Of a stretch of DNA of 64,000 nt, positions 44,301-54,052 are shown piece by piece. The position numbers were made by a program, and so were the translations under genes. The stretch is from Limnochordia bacterium. GTDB lineage: Bacteria > Bacillota > Limnochordia > DTU080. Position 1 is the stretch's first letter; every line of letters starts with the position of its first letter. Location of the stretch: assembly GCA_050951545.1 (NCBI GenBank), contig JBMNJG010000007.1, positions 192,001-256,000 on the forward strand, given 5' to 3'. The notes under the pieces are model-generated. The model was given only the letters and a program-made list of their open reading frames with translations. It ran no database searches and was not told where the DNA came from.

Positions 44301-44320
44301 TTGACGATAATTATTATTAG
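44301..44320 (+). promoter_or_regulatory. Per/Fur-box-like operator next to a sigmaA -35-like hexamer
   Basis: TTGACGATAATTATTATTAG: AT-rich ATAAT-T-ATTAT palindrome in a GC-rich genome, upstream of perR-rbr-dfx. Confidence 0.65.
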
Positions 44321-44410
44321 AAAGGAGCCGGTACTGGTTAAGCACGAACGCCGGCTCCGTTTTGCAGAGAATAGGCTTTGAGGGTTTCGCTAGATGAAAG
44401 GGTGGACAAT

Positions 44411-44839
44411 GTGTTCTCGGCCACAGAGGCACTGAAGGCGCACGGTATGCGGGTGACACCGCAGCGAATAGCCATCTACAGTACTCTGATGGCCAGCGAT
44501 GAGCATCCTACGGTCGAGGCGATCTACGAACAGGTGCTCGCGAAGTGCCCGAGCATCAGTTTGAACACGGTTTACACAACATTGTGCACGATGGCAGACG
44601 TGGGGCTCATTCGACATGTGGACGCTGGCGACGGGCTCTGTCGCTATGACGGAAATCCGCGACCGCATGTGCATGTAGTCTGCAGCAACTGCCGCAAGGT
44701 TGATGATCTGGACGTAGAGGCAAAGCTAGATAGGAGAGACATTGCCAGACGCTCCGGGTATGACATAGATGATGTCGCCGTGTATTTCTACGGACTATGT
44801 CCGAACTGCAAGAAGCGCCGGGCTAGTCCAAACCAGTAA
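44411..44839 (+). CDS. perR: Fur-family transcriptional repressor, PerR-like
   Basis: RVTPQR, EHPTVE, SLNTVY, RYD...HVHVVCSNC, GLCPNC; co-transcribed with rbr and dfx; start position uncertain. Confidence 0.85.
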   Translation: MFSATEALKAHGMRVTPQRIAIYSTLMASDEHPTVEAIYEQVLAKCPSISLNTVYTTLCTMADVGLIRHVDAGDGLCRYDGNPRPHVHVVCSNCRKVDDLDVEAKLDRRDIARRSGYDIDDVAVYFYGLCPNCKKRRASPNQ

Positions 44840-44856
44840 CTTAGGAGGCAGAGCCA

Positions 44857-45393
44857 GTGAACCTAAAGGGATCGCAGACGGAGAAGAATCTACAAGAAGC
44901 GTTCGCAGGCGAATCGCAGGCCCGTAACAAGTACACTTTTTTTGCCAGTGTCGCTCGTAAGGAAGGTTACCAGCAGATTGCAGCCATTTTCGAGGAGACC
45001 GCGGGACACGAGAAAGAGCATGCCGAGAGGGCCTTCAGGTTTCTGAAAGGCATTGGCACGACCACGGAGAATCTGAAGGACGCTGCTGCTGGTGAGAACT
45101 ACGAGTGGACCTCGATGTACAAGGAGTTTGAGAGGATTGCGCGTCAGGAAGGCTTTGATGAGATAGCCGACTTCTTCGAGGAAGTGGGCGAGGTAGAAGA
45201 AGAGCATGAGAAGCGCTATCTGGCGCTGCTGCGTAACATCAAGGAGGGCCGGGTCTTCAAGCGCGAAGACGAGAACACGCGCTGGCAGTGTCGTAACTGC
45301 GGCTATATCCACACGGGGAAGGAAGCACCTGAGATCTGCCCTGCTTGTGCCCATCCGCAGTCTTACTACCAGTTGGCAGTTGAGAACTACTAG
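44857..45393 (+). CDS. rbr: Rubrerythrin
   Basis: [31 protein letters not shown]...CPACAHP. Confidence 0.95.
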   Translation: MNLKGSQTEKNLQEAFAGESQARNKYTFFASVARKEGYQQIAAIFEETAGHEKEHAERAFRFLKGIGTTTENLKDAAAGENYEWTSMYKEFERIARQEGFDEIADFFEEVGEVEEEHEKRYLALLRNIKEGRVFKREDENTRWQCRNCGYIHTGKEAPEICPACAHPQSYYQLAVENY

Positions 45394-45450
45394 CGCCTAG
45401 TTTTCGCAGATGATGCAACGCCGAACGATCCGCGAAGGAGCGATGCAGCG

Positions 45451-45825
45451 ATGACCCAGAGGCTTCAGGTGTACAAGTGCGAGAAGTGCGGCAATATCGT
45501 GGAGGTCTTGCATGCCGGGGCCGGGAAACTGGTCTGTTGTGGCGAACCAATGGTGTTGCAGCAGGAGAACACGGTCGACGCCTCCAAAGAGAAACACGTG
45601 CCAGTTGTCGAAAAAGGCGCTGACGCAGTGACGGTCGCAGTAGGAAGTGCTGCACATCCTATGATTGAAAAGCACTACATTGAGTGGATAGACATAGTGG
45701 TCGACGGCAAGGTCTACAGAGAGTTTCTCGCTCCCGATCAGGAGCCAAAGGCCGTTTTCAGGGCTGTAGACGGTGATCTTTACGCTCGTGCGTACTGCAA
45801 CCTGCATGGACTGTGGAAAGGCTAG
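45451..45825 (+). CDS. dfx: Desulfoferrodoxin (superoxide reductase)
   Basis: YKCEKCGN, VCCGEPM, EKHVP, HPM, YCNLHGLW. Confidence 0.95.
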   Translation: MTQRLQVYKCEKCGNIVEVLHAGAGKLVCCGEPMVLQQENTVDASKEKHVPVVEKGADAVTVAVGSAAHPMIEKHYIEWIDIVVDGKVYREFLAPDQEPKAVFRAVDGDLYARAYCNLHGLWKG

Positions 45826-45838
45826 TTTGGTGTGAAGT

Positions 45839-45865
45839 GGTCAGGTGCAGACTCTGCACCTGACC
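45839..45865 (+). terminator. Perfect 12-bp inverted repeat after dfx
   Basis: GGTCAGGTGCAG-ACT-CTGCACCTGACC. Confidence 0.5.
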
Positions 45866-45898
45866 GCAGTCAATACTCTCGGGGAGGTCGCATACTCG

Positions 45899-48800
45899 AT
45901 GCCTGCGCTCCGCTTCATTCTGGGTAGGGCGGGCTCTGGCAAGACGCACACCTGCATCGCTGAAATCGCCGCTCGTCTTCAGAAGGCACCTATGGGGCCA
46001 CCTCTCTTACTCGTGCTTCCAGATCAGGCCACTTTTCAGATGGAGCGCGCTGTCGTTCAAGCCTTGCCAAGCCGGGGTTTTGTTCGTTTGCGTGTGCTAA
46101 GTTTCAAGCGCTTAGCCTTGGCTATTCTCGCGGAAGTGGGCGGGTTGGCCCGACCTGCCCTCACACAGACGGGCCGCCAGATGTTGCTGCGTTCGCTGTT
46201 GCATGAGCATAGCGAAGATCTGCAGGTTTTCGGTCGTTCAGCCCGCCAGCCGGGCTTTGTCTCCGAGCTGGAGACGATGCTGCGCGAGCTGGCCGAGTGT
46301 GGGCATTCCCCACGAGACGCAGCCGGGGCCGCACGGCGGCTCCCCGACACGGCGGCGAAGCAGAAACTGGAGGACCTCGCTTTGCTGTGGGAGGCCTATC
46401 GGAAGGCCTTGGCACCGCGTCACGCAGATCCCGACGCTTATTTGACAACCGCCACCGAGAAGGGGTTGGCGTCGGCTCTGCTCCGTGACGCAGAGGTTTG
46501 GGTAGATGGTTTCGCATCCTTCACACCGCAGGAGCATCGCATGCTGCACATGCTGCTTCAGCAGACCCGCAAGTTGCATGTGGCTCTCTGTCTCGATCCC
46601 GATAGCTGGCCGGAGCTCTCTGGGCGGGTAGGGGAAGCAATCGAAGTGGAACGTAGTCTCTCAGTTGATCCGCTGGGGTTGTTCCACCGTCCAGAGGAGA
46701 CGTGCGCTCGTTTGCTTCTGGGGGCCCGCTTGCAGGGCTTGCCTGTTTTGCCCCCGACTCTGCTGAGGCAATCACCCCCTCGTTTTCTCGCTCCTGAACT
46801 GGCACACCTTGAAGTGGAGTTCCCCAGTCCATTGCCACATAGTTGGCCAGCCTCGGTAACAGCGGTTCGGATAGTGGAAGCGGCCAATCGGCGAGCTGAG
46901 GTGGAGGCGGTGGGGCGGGAGATTCTGCGCCTGTGCAGGGAAGAGGGCTACCGCTTTCGAGATATCGGCGTCATAGCTCGAGATCTGCATCCTTACCATG
47001 AACTGCTGAGTGCGGTCTTTGCCGAGATGGGCATCCCCTGCTTTGTCGATAGGCGAACCTCTATTGCCCACCATCCAGTGATTGAGTTGCTGCGATCTGC
47101 CGTAGAGGTGGCCGTTACGCGTTGGGAACTCCAGCCACTTATGCGTTGCCTTAAGACAGACCTGCTACCCATCTCGCGGGCAGACGTAGATGCGCTGGAG
47201 AATTACGCACTGGAGCATGGTTTGAGGGGCTCTGCTTGGTCGAGCACTCGTCCGTGGACCTATGGCCTCCAGCGCGCTTCCGCCGATACACTGGCCCACG
47301 TTCAGCATCTGGACGCTGTGCGTCGGGAGGTTTTCGGGATTCTCGCTCCGGTGGTCACAGTGTTGGAGCGGCCCCGCCTTCACGCCGTAGAAGCCTGTGA
47401 GGCGCTCTACCGTCTGTTGGCCGACGCTGGCGTACCTGAGCGTCTGGAGGAGTGGTCTCAGGGCAGCGCAGCTCGGGGTCAGGTGCAGGAGGCGATGACC
47501 CATCAGCAGGTATGGGATGCGTGTGTTGAGCTTTTGGAAGAGCTCGTCGAGGCCTTGGGTACTACAGAAATGGCAGCTACTGAGTTCGAACAGATCCTGG
47601 AGGCGGGGCTGGAGAATCTGCAGTTAGGCTTGATCCCACCCGTTTTGGATCAGGTGTTGGTGGGCGCTATCGATCGTTCTCGCCAGCCGGACCTGCGAGC
47701 AGCTTTTGTAGTGGGTGTGGGAGAGCGCAGCTTCCCTGCTGTTGGCAGTGAAGATACTCTGTTTGGCGAGGCAGAGCGTCAGTTGCTGGCAGAATGTGAC
47801 TTTCAGCTCGGCCCGACTGCTAGCGAGCGTACTCTGCATGAGCAGTATCTGGGCTACATAGCGTTTACTCGGGCGGCCGAGTATCTATGGATCAGCTATC
47901 CTCTAGCGGGTGATGACGGTCGGGCCTTGGCCCCCTCGCCTTTTGTCTCGCGTCTGCGGGCCATCCTTCCTGCACTAAAGATCCAGCAGGCAGGCAACGA
48001 ACCTGAAGGTGCCGTGGCAGAGGCCTTACCCTGGTTAACCTCTCCGCGCAAGGTGGCCGCCTTGGCCGTGCGCTGCCTGCGGTCTGATGTCACAACGGGT
48101 TGGCTGGCAGCAGCGCAGATGCACAGCAACGATTCGGATGTGCAATTCGTGTTGCAGTCTCTGCATCACCGCAACACGGAAGCAGCACTGCCGCCAGTAG
48201 TAGCGCAGGCCTTGGTTGGTGATCCGCTACACGCCAGTATCTCCCGCTTCGAGAGCTTTGCTGCCTGCCCATTCCAACACTTTGCGCAGTACATGCTGAG
48301 GTTGGAGGAGCGCGAGGAGTACCGCGTGCAGCATACGGACATCGGGCTGTTGGTTCATGAGACACTTCACCGCTTGGTGCAGCACCTGCAGCAGCAGAAT
48401 CGGTCGCTGGTGGAGCTGGCGCAGAACGAAGCGCGTGAGTTGATCGATCGCATTGTGGATGAAGTAGCACCGCGTCTTCACCACCAGGTCTTTATGAGCA
48501 ATGCCCGCTATCAGTACCTCGTTGAGCGCCTCAAACGCCTCTTACATACAACCCTCCAGGTCTGGTTTCACCACAGTGACGAAGGTCAGTTTCGCCCTTT
48601 AGCTACGGAAGTGAGCTTTGGCGGACGAGGTGATGCTCTGCCCGGTCCAGAGATGGCTCTGCCAGGGGGAAGACGCCTCTTCCTGCACGGACGCATTGAC
48701 CGCATTGACGCTTGTCAGGAACAGCAGGTTGTCTATGTGCGGGTGATCGACTACAAGGGATCCGGCGGTGGTTTCTCGGTAGCCGATGCCTATCATGGCT

Positions 48801-49390
48801 TGCGTCTGCAGCTGCCAGTCTATCTAGACGTCGCTCGTGAGGCGGTCGCCGCAGGTCTACTGGGCGGTGATGGCCGAGCTCTAGTGCTACCCGCCGGAGC
48901 CTATTACTTCAATGTGCGGGAGCCCACCGTTGATGCTACGCAACCGCTAGATGATGAGGAGTGGGAAAAAAGGCTACTGAAAAGTCTGCGCCTCGCAGGG
49001 ATGACATTAGATTCGGCCGAAGCCATTCGTCTCGCAGAACGCTCGGGTCAAGGGAGGCTGATTCCAGCGAGGTTGACCAAAGACGGCCAGCCCTATCGAG
49101 ACGCTTTGGTCGTGTCCGACGAACGGATGCAGCAGCTATTTCGTGTGGTGAGGCAGCGCATGCAGGAGTTCTCCACTCGGATTCTGGCCGGAGAGGTGAG
49201 CCCTCGACCGTTCCGCTATGCAGCAGGCAGGTCGGGCTGCCGTTTCTGCCGCTATCACGAAGTATGCCACTTCGACCCCCAGGTGCCTGGCGATTTCTAC
49301 CGGCCGCTGGAGTATCGGGAAAATCGGCGAGCCTGGGAGTGGCTCGATACGGGGACTGGAGGGATGTCTGATGCCGCAGTGGACCGATGA
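45899..49390 (+). CDS. addB: ATP-dependent helicase/nuclease subunit B
   Basis: ILGRAGSGKT, VDGFASFT, ACPFQHF, GRIDRID, VIDYK, CRFCRYHEVC (Fe-S staple). Confidence 0.95.
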   Translation: MPALRFILGRAGSGKTHTCIAEIAARLQKAPMGPPLLLVLPDQATFQMERAVVQALPSRGFVRLRVLSFKRLALAILAEVGGLARPALTQTGRQMLLRSLLHEHSEDLQVFGRSARQPGFVSELETMLRELAECGHSPRDAAGAARRLPDTAAKQKLEDLALLWEAYRKALAPRHADPDAYLTTATEKGLASALLRDAEVWVDGFASFTPQEHRMLHMLLQQTRKLHVALCLDPDSWPELSGRVGEAIEVERSLSVDPLGLFHRPEETCARLLLGARLQGLPVLPPTLLRQSPPRFLAPELAHLEVEFPSPLPHSWPASVTAVRIVEAANRRAEVEAVGREILRLCREEGYRFRDIGVIARDLHPYHELLSAVFAEMGIPCFVDRRTSIAHHPVIELLRSAVEVAVTRWELQPLMRCLKTDLLPISRADVDALENYALEHGLRGSAWSSTRPWTYGLQRASADTLAHVQHLDAVRREVFGILAPVVTVLERPRLHAVEACEALYRLLADAGVPERLEEWSQGSAARGQVQEAMTHQQVWDACVELLEELVEALGTTEMAATEFEQILEAGLENLQLGLIPPVLDQVLVGAIDRSRQPDLRAAFVVGVGERSFPAVGSEDTLFGEAERQLLAECDFQLGPTASERTLHEQYLGYIAFTRAAEYLWISYPLAGDDGRALAPSPFVSRLRAILPALKIQQAGNEPEGAVAEALPWLTSPRKVAALAVRCLRSDVTTGWLAAAQMHSNDSDVQFVLQSLHHRNTEAALPPVVAQALVGDPLHASISRFESFAACPFQHFAQYMLRLEEREEYRVQHTDIGLLVHETLHRLVQHLQQQNRSLVELAQNEARELIDRIVDEVAPRLHHQVFMSNARYQYLVERLKRLLHTTLQVWFHHSDEGQFRPLATEVSFGGRGDALPGPEMALPGGRRLFLHGRIDRIDACQEQQVVYVRVIDYKGSGGGFSVADAYHGLRLQLPVYLDVAREAVAAGLLGGDGRALVLPAGAYYFNVREPTVDATQPLDDEEWEKRLLKSLRLAGMTLDSAEAIRLAERSGQGRLIPARLTKDGQPYRDALVVSDERMQQLFRVVRQRMQEFSTRILAGEVSPRPFRYAAGRSGCRFCRYHEVCHFDPQVPGDFYRPLEYRENRRAWEWLDTGTGGMSDAAVDR

Positions 49391-52300
49391 GCAGTGGGAG
49401 GCCATCACCGCTCGGAATGAGAGCCTGTTGGTATCAGCAGCCGCTGGATCGGGCAAGACCGCTGTCTTGGTGGAACGGGTCTGCCACTACCTTGTAGAAC
49501 TCGGCGGCGACATTGATCAGCTGCTGGTAGTGACGTTTACCGAAGCCGCAGCCGCGGAGATGCGGCAACGCATCGCTGCCGCTTTGCGTGCTCGCTTGGC
49601 GCAAGAGCCCACCAATAGGCATCTGCTGCGCCAGCTGGCGTTACTGGAGCAGGCTCATATCTCTACGATTCACGCTTTCTGTCTGCGGATGCTGCGGCGC
49701 TTTTTCTATCGCGTCGATCTGGACCCTGCCTTTCGGGTGATGGACGACGCCGAGGACCGCCTACTCAAGTTGGAGGTACTCGAACACACGCTGGAGGCGC
49801 ACTATTCCGCTGAACAGCCAGGAGCGGCCTTCTATGAGTTGGTAGATCGCTATAGTGATCGCAGTGGAGGCATGCTTCAGGAACTCGTGTTGCGCCTGCA
49901 CGATTTCGCTCAGAGTCAGGTCTTTCCAGCCGTTTGGCTGCAGAACTGCAAAGAGGCCTTCGCCGTAGGTCCGGAGGCTACCCTGGAGGAACTGCGCTGG
50001 TATGGCGTGGTTCGGGAGCAGGCTCGAGCGGAGCTAGAAAACGCCCAAGCAGCATTGGAGGCCGCTCTCAGCTTGACCGCGCATCCCAACGGACCTGATC
50101 ACTACACCAAGCCCGTGCAGTCCGATCTAGCCTTGGTGTCCGATCTAGAACGCCAGGTGCGCACAGGCACGTGGGATGGCATGGTGGAGGCGTGCCAGAA
50201 GATGGTCTTTGCTGCAGCCCGAGGCAGAGCCAAAAATGATGTGGATCAGGAGCTTTTGGAGCAAGTCAAAGCCCTGCGCGATGAGGCAAAGAGGCTGCTG
50301 CGCGGGTTAGCAGAGACGCTCTACACGCGCTCGGCCTCCCAAATGCTCGGGGATCTGCGTAGCCTACAGCGGCCCATGGAGACCCTCATCGGGCTGGTGG
50401 ACGAGTTCTCCAGGCACTACGTGCAGGCCAAGCAAAGCCGCGGGCTCGTCAACTTCTCGGACCTAGAGCGACTAGCGCTACGCCTACTACTAGCTCCGGA
50501 AAGCACAGCGGAGCAGTTGACTCCTTCTGCCACCGCCCTCGAGCTACAGGAGCAATTCACCGAAGTGCTCTGTGATGAGTACCAGGATATCAACCCAGTG
50601 CAGAATGCTTTGCTTGGGCTGGTGGCAGGGGAGCATGGTACCGCTGCCGACGTGACTCCACGGCTATTTGTGGTGGGTGATGTCAAGCAGAGCATCTATC
50701 GCTTTCGCTTGGCTGAGCCTCGTATTTTCTTGGAGCGTGCACAGATGGCGACGGAAGGTAGCGCGTGCCGACGCGTGGATTTGGCGGCGAATTTCCGCTG
50801 TCGGCGGTCTATCGTTGATGGTGTGAATCGGTTTTTTAGCGCGTTTATGAGTGAGGCGGTAGGTGATGTGCGCTACGATGCACGGGCTGCGCTGGTACAC
50901 AGAGCCAACTATCCAGCCCAGCCAACAAGAGAGGATCCACCGATCGAGGTCTTTCTGCTGGAAGGTGATCCCCGACTTGTCGAGGAGGCGCGTCACACTC
51001 AGCTGGTAACCGATGGCGCTGAGAGGGGGTCATCAGAGTCTCGCACGGACGATAGTGGTGAGGAGGGCGAGGAGACGGTTGATCTTACGTCTCTGGAGCG
51101 TGAAGCCGTGCTGATCGCCCGGCGCATCACTGAACTCATGGAAGAGCCCTGCCTGGTGTGGGACAAAAAAGAACAAGTCTACCGACCTTTACGCTATCGT
51201 GATATCGCTATACTGTTACGAGCCACCCAGGTCAAGGCAAGTTACTTCATCGATACCTTCCGTCGCGAAGGAGTACCCTTGTACGCCGAAACGGGAGCAG
51301 GCTACTTCCGCGCCCCTGAAGTAGAGACCTTCATGGCCTTGCTTGCCATCATCGACAATCCCCGGCAGGACATACCCCTGGCGGGTGTGTTGCGGTCTCC
51401 TTTAGGTCAGTTCACTGCTGCGGAGCTGGCAGATATTCGGTTGGCCGCATCCGAGGGTGATTTCTATACTGCAGTAGTAGGCCGAGCTGAGAGTGAGGAT
51501 GCCCTTGGCCAGAGACTGACTGTTTTTCTTACCAGGCTTGACGAGTGGAGAACGCGCGCTAGGCGTGGGGCTCTTTCACAACTGCTGTGGGGTATCTACA
51601 GTGAGACAGGCTACTACGACTATGTAGGGGGCATGCCTGGTGGAGGCCAGAGGCAGGCCAACCTACGGGCGCTCTACGATCGGGCCAGGCAGTTTGACCA
51701 GTTTGCTCGGCAAGGGTTGCTACGTTTTCTGCAGTTCATCGGTGATCTGCGCTCTGCGGGCGAGGATCTGGGAACGGCCCCCGCTCTCGGTGAGAATGAA
51801 GATGTCGTACGCCTAATGAGTATTCACAGGAGCAAGGGTCTGGAGTTTCCAGTGGTCTTCGTGGCAGGCCTGGGTACAGCGTTCAACCAGCGTGACTTGG
51901 TGGGTAGTCTTATCTATGATAGAGAACTGGGACTCGGGCCGCAGTTGGTGGATCCGGCTCGCTATACGCGGGCACATACTTTGGCGAGTCTGGGGGTGCG
52001 GGAGAGCATAAGACGGGCGAGCTTGTCCGAGGAGATGCGTATTCTGTATGTGGCTCTCACGAGAGCTCGAGAACGCTTATTCTTGGTGGCGACGGTGCGC
52101 GGGCTGACGACAAGCTGTGAGCGTTGGCAGCAGACTGCGGAAACCATACGAGCCACTGGCACTATGCCTACGTTTCGGGTCGTGACCGCCCGACGTTTCA
52201 GTGATTGGATGGGCCCGGTGCTGGCTGCCATGGAACTGATCCCAGCTGACGTGGAGGCGAGGCGACCAGTTGCAGCCGAGGTACCAGGTTGGCGCTTGCA

Positions 52301-53174
52301 GCTGTTTTCGGCTGCTGCTGTCGCAGGTGAGTTGAATGTCGGGGCCTGGGAGAACGCTGAGCGCATCTTGGCCGAGGAGGATGCACTTGCTCCAGAGATT
52401 CGGGCTCAGCTCACCGCGCAGCTTGCTTGGCGCTACCCCTGGGGCGCGGCCACGCAGTTTGCTGCCAAGACTACAGTGACTGAGCTGAAGAGACTGGAGA
52501 TGCGGGAAGCCGATCCAGAGCATCCGGGCGTTTCGCCATTTCGGCAGCCCGTCTTTCGCCGTCCCGCTTTCTTGCAGGTGCGGCGAGGACTCGCTGCTGC
52601 CGAGGTAGGCAGCGCGACCCATCTGCTTCTGCAACACGTGCCTCTGACGGAGCCGATCACCCTGTCCACAGTAGACGCCTGTCTGGCTAAGCTTGTGGCG
52701 GAGGAGATGCTTGGCAAAGAGGCAGCTGCAGCTGTTGACAAGGAATCGATCGTGCGTTTTGCGGCCAGTCCGCTGGGCAAGCGTCTGCGAGGGGCCCTCG
52801 TCTGGCGCGAATTGCCGTTCTGCCTCGCACTGCCAGTTGCTGAGGCGGGTGGGCTGGGCGCTGCGGGCCAGGTGCCTTGTGGGGAGGCCGACACGGATGA
52901 CGCTGTGCTCATGCAGGGGATCATCGACTGCATGTTCCGTGACCGGGCAGGCCGTTGGGTACTGATTGATTTCAAAACGGACCGTTTGTGGATGAGGCCT
53001 GAAGCGATTCCTACTGCGGTGCGTCAGCGCTATGCCCGCCAGCTGCAATGGTATGCTAGAGCGGCAGAGACGATACTGCATGTGGAAGTCGAAGAGTGTT
53101 ATATCTATCTCTTGGCCCACGATCTGGCGGTGTCTGTCGAATACGTGTCTGTGCCTGAAAGCGTCAGTGAGTAG
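49371..53174 (+). CDS. addA: ATP-dependent helicase/nuclease subunit A
   Basis: WTDEQ, SAAAGSGKTAVLVER, DEYQD, VGDVKQSIYRFR, SKGLEFP, YVALTRA, QGIID, IDFKTD. Confidence 0.96.
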   Translation: MPQWTDEQWEAITARNESLLVSAAAGSGKTAVLVERVCHYLVELGGDIDQLLVVTFTEAAAAEMRQRIAAALRARLAQEPTNRHLLRQLALLEQAHISTIHAFCLRMLRRFFYRVDLDPAFRVMDDAEDRLLKLEVLEHTLEAHYSAEQPGAAFYELVDRYSDRSGGMLQELVLRLHDFAQSQVFPAVWLQNCKEAFAVGPEATLEELRWYGVVREQARAELENAQAALEAALSLTAHPNGPDHYTKPVQSDLALVSDLERQVRTGTWDGMVEACQKMVFAAARGRAKNDVDQELLEQVKALRDEAKRLLRGLAETLYTRSASQMLGDLRSLQRPMETLIGLVDEFSRHYVQAKQSRGLVNFSDLERLALRLLLAPESTAEQLTPSATALELQEQFTEVLCDEYQDINPVQNALLGLVAGEHGTAADVTPRLFVVGDVKQSIYRFRLAEPRIFLERAQMATEGSACRRVDLAANFRCRRSIVDGVNRFFSAFMSEAVGDVRYDARAALVHRANYPAQPTREDPPIEVFLLEGDPRLVEEARHTQLVTDGAERGSSESRTDDSGEEGEETVDLTSLEREAVLIARRITELMEEPCLVWDKKEQVYRPLRYRDIAILLRATQVKASYFIDTFRREGVPLYAETGAGYFRAPEVETFMALLAIIDNPRQDIPLAGVLRSPLGQFTAAELADIRLAASEGDFYTAVVGRAESEDALGQRLTVFLTRLDEWRTRARRGALSQLLWGIYSETGYYDYVGGMPGGGQRQANLRALYDRARQFDQFARQGLLRFLQFIGDLRSAGEDLGTAPALGENEDVVRLMSIHRSKGLEFPVVFVAGLGTAFNQRDLVGSLIYDRELGLGPQLVDPARYTRAHTLASLGVRESIRRASLSEEMRILYVALTRARERLFLVATVRGLTTSCERWQQTAETIRATGTMPTFRVVTARRFSDWMGPVLAAMELIPADVEARRPVAAEVPGWRLQLFSAAAVAGELNVGAWENAERILAEEDALAPEIRAQLTAQLAWRYPWGAATQFAAKTTVTELKRLEMREADPEHPGVSPFRQPVFRRPAFLQVRRGLAAAEVGSATHLLLQHVPLTEPITLSTVDACLAKLVAEEMLGKEAAAAVDKESIVRFAASPLGKRLRGALVWRELPFCLALPVAEAGGLGAAGQVPCGEADTDDAVLMQGIIDCMFRDRAGRWVLIDFKTDRLWMRPEAIPTAVRQRYARQLQWYARAAETILHVEVEECYIYLLAHDLAVSVEYVSVPESVSE

Positions 53175-53198
53175 TGGATGTGCATAGGAGGAAGCCAG

Positions 53199-53969
53199 AT
53201 GAGATTCTTTGTCCTCACGGATCTAGAAGGAGTGGCAGGCGTTCATTCGTTCAGCCAGACTCGCAAGGTAGAGCTCCCACAAAAGGAGCCGGGCATGCGC
53301 CAGCTGGCTCGGGAAGTGAATGCTTGCGTAGAGGGTATCCGCGCTGTGTATCCGGACGCAGAGGTTGATGTGTGGGACGGTCATGGCAGTGGGGGAATGT
53401 TTCGGGAGGATATTGTCGCGGCTAACTTCATTCCGCATACTGAGCGCCCCTATCGCGATCTGTCGGGCTATGCGGCGGTACTCTTTGTGGGGCAGCACGC
53501 TATGGTTGGGACGCCGTTTGCCCCCTTGTGCCATACCTACTCATCGCTGAGTGTCGCCTACTATCGGCTAAACGGGATGTTTGTCGGGGAGTTCGGGGCG
53601 CGTGCTTTCATGACAGGTCTTCAGGGGGTACCAGTCATCTTTCTTGCAGGTGATGATAAGGCGGCGCATGAGGCGCAAGTGCTGATTCCTGAGATTGAGA
53701 CGGCTGTGGTAAAATGGGGTAAAGGGTTTGAGGCTGCAGAGAGCTTGACCAGCGAAAAAGCCTGTGATTGCGTACGTCAGGGTGCCGAGCGGGCGGTGCG
53801 CCGTCTGTCCGAGATACCGCCTCTGACAGGAATCGAGGCTCCGTTTACGCTTGAGATACGCTACTACGAGCCAGTTGATCCCAGACGTTGGCAAAGACCG
53901 GAGGTAAGCATCATCGACAGTCGCACAGTCCAGATCACAGGCCAGGATCTTAGCACTATGCCCTTCTAG
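53199..53969 (+). CDS. M55 family metallopeptidase (D-aminopeptidase DppA-like)
   Basis: TDLEGVAGV, DGHG, VGQHA, HTY, GE, GDD. Confidence 0.85.
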   Translation: MRFFVLTDLEGVAGVHSFSQTRKVELPQKEPGMRQLAREVNACVEGIRAVYPDAEVDVWDGHGSGGMFREDIVAANFIPHTERPYRDLSGYAAVLFVGQHAMVGTPFAPLCHTYSSLSVAYYRLNGMFVGEFGARAFMTGLQGVPVIFLAGDDKAAHEAQVLIPEIETAVVKWGKGFEAAESLTSEKACDCVRQGAERAVRRLSEIPPLTGIEAPFTLEIRYYEPVDPRRWQRPEVSIIDSRTVQITGQDLSTMPF

Positions 53970-54052
53970 TCGGCTGTGGGGGCAGGTCTGCAGGCAACCG
54001 TGTCGGGTAGGTAGAACTACATTCCGAAGTGACGTATGGGAGGGGTACATGA

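Noticed and set aside
52077-53120. 347-aa minus-strand ORF
   Set aside because: Antisense to addA; a typical GC-rich shadow frame.
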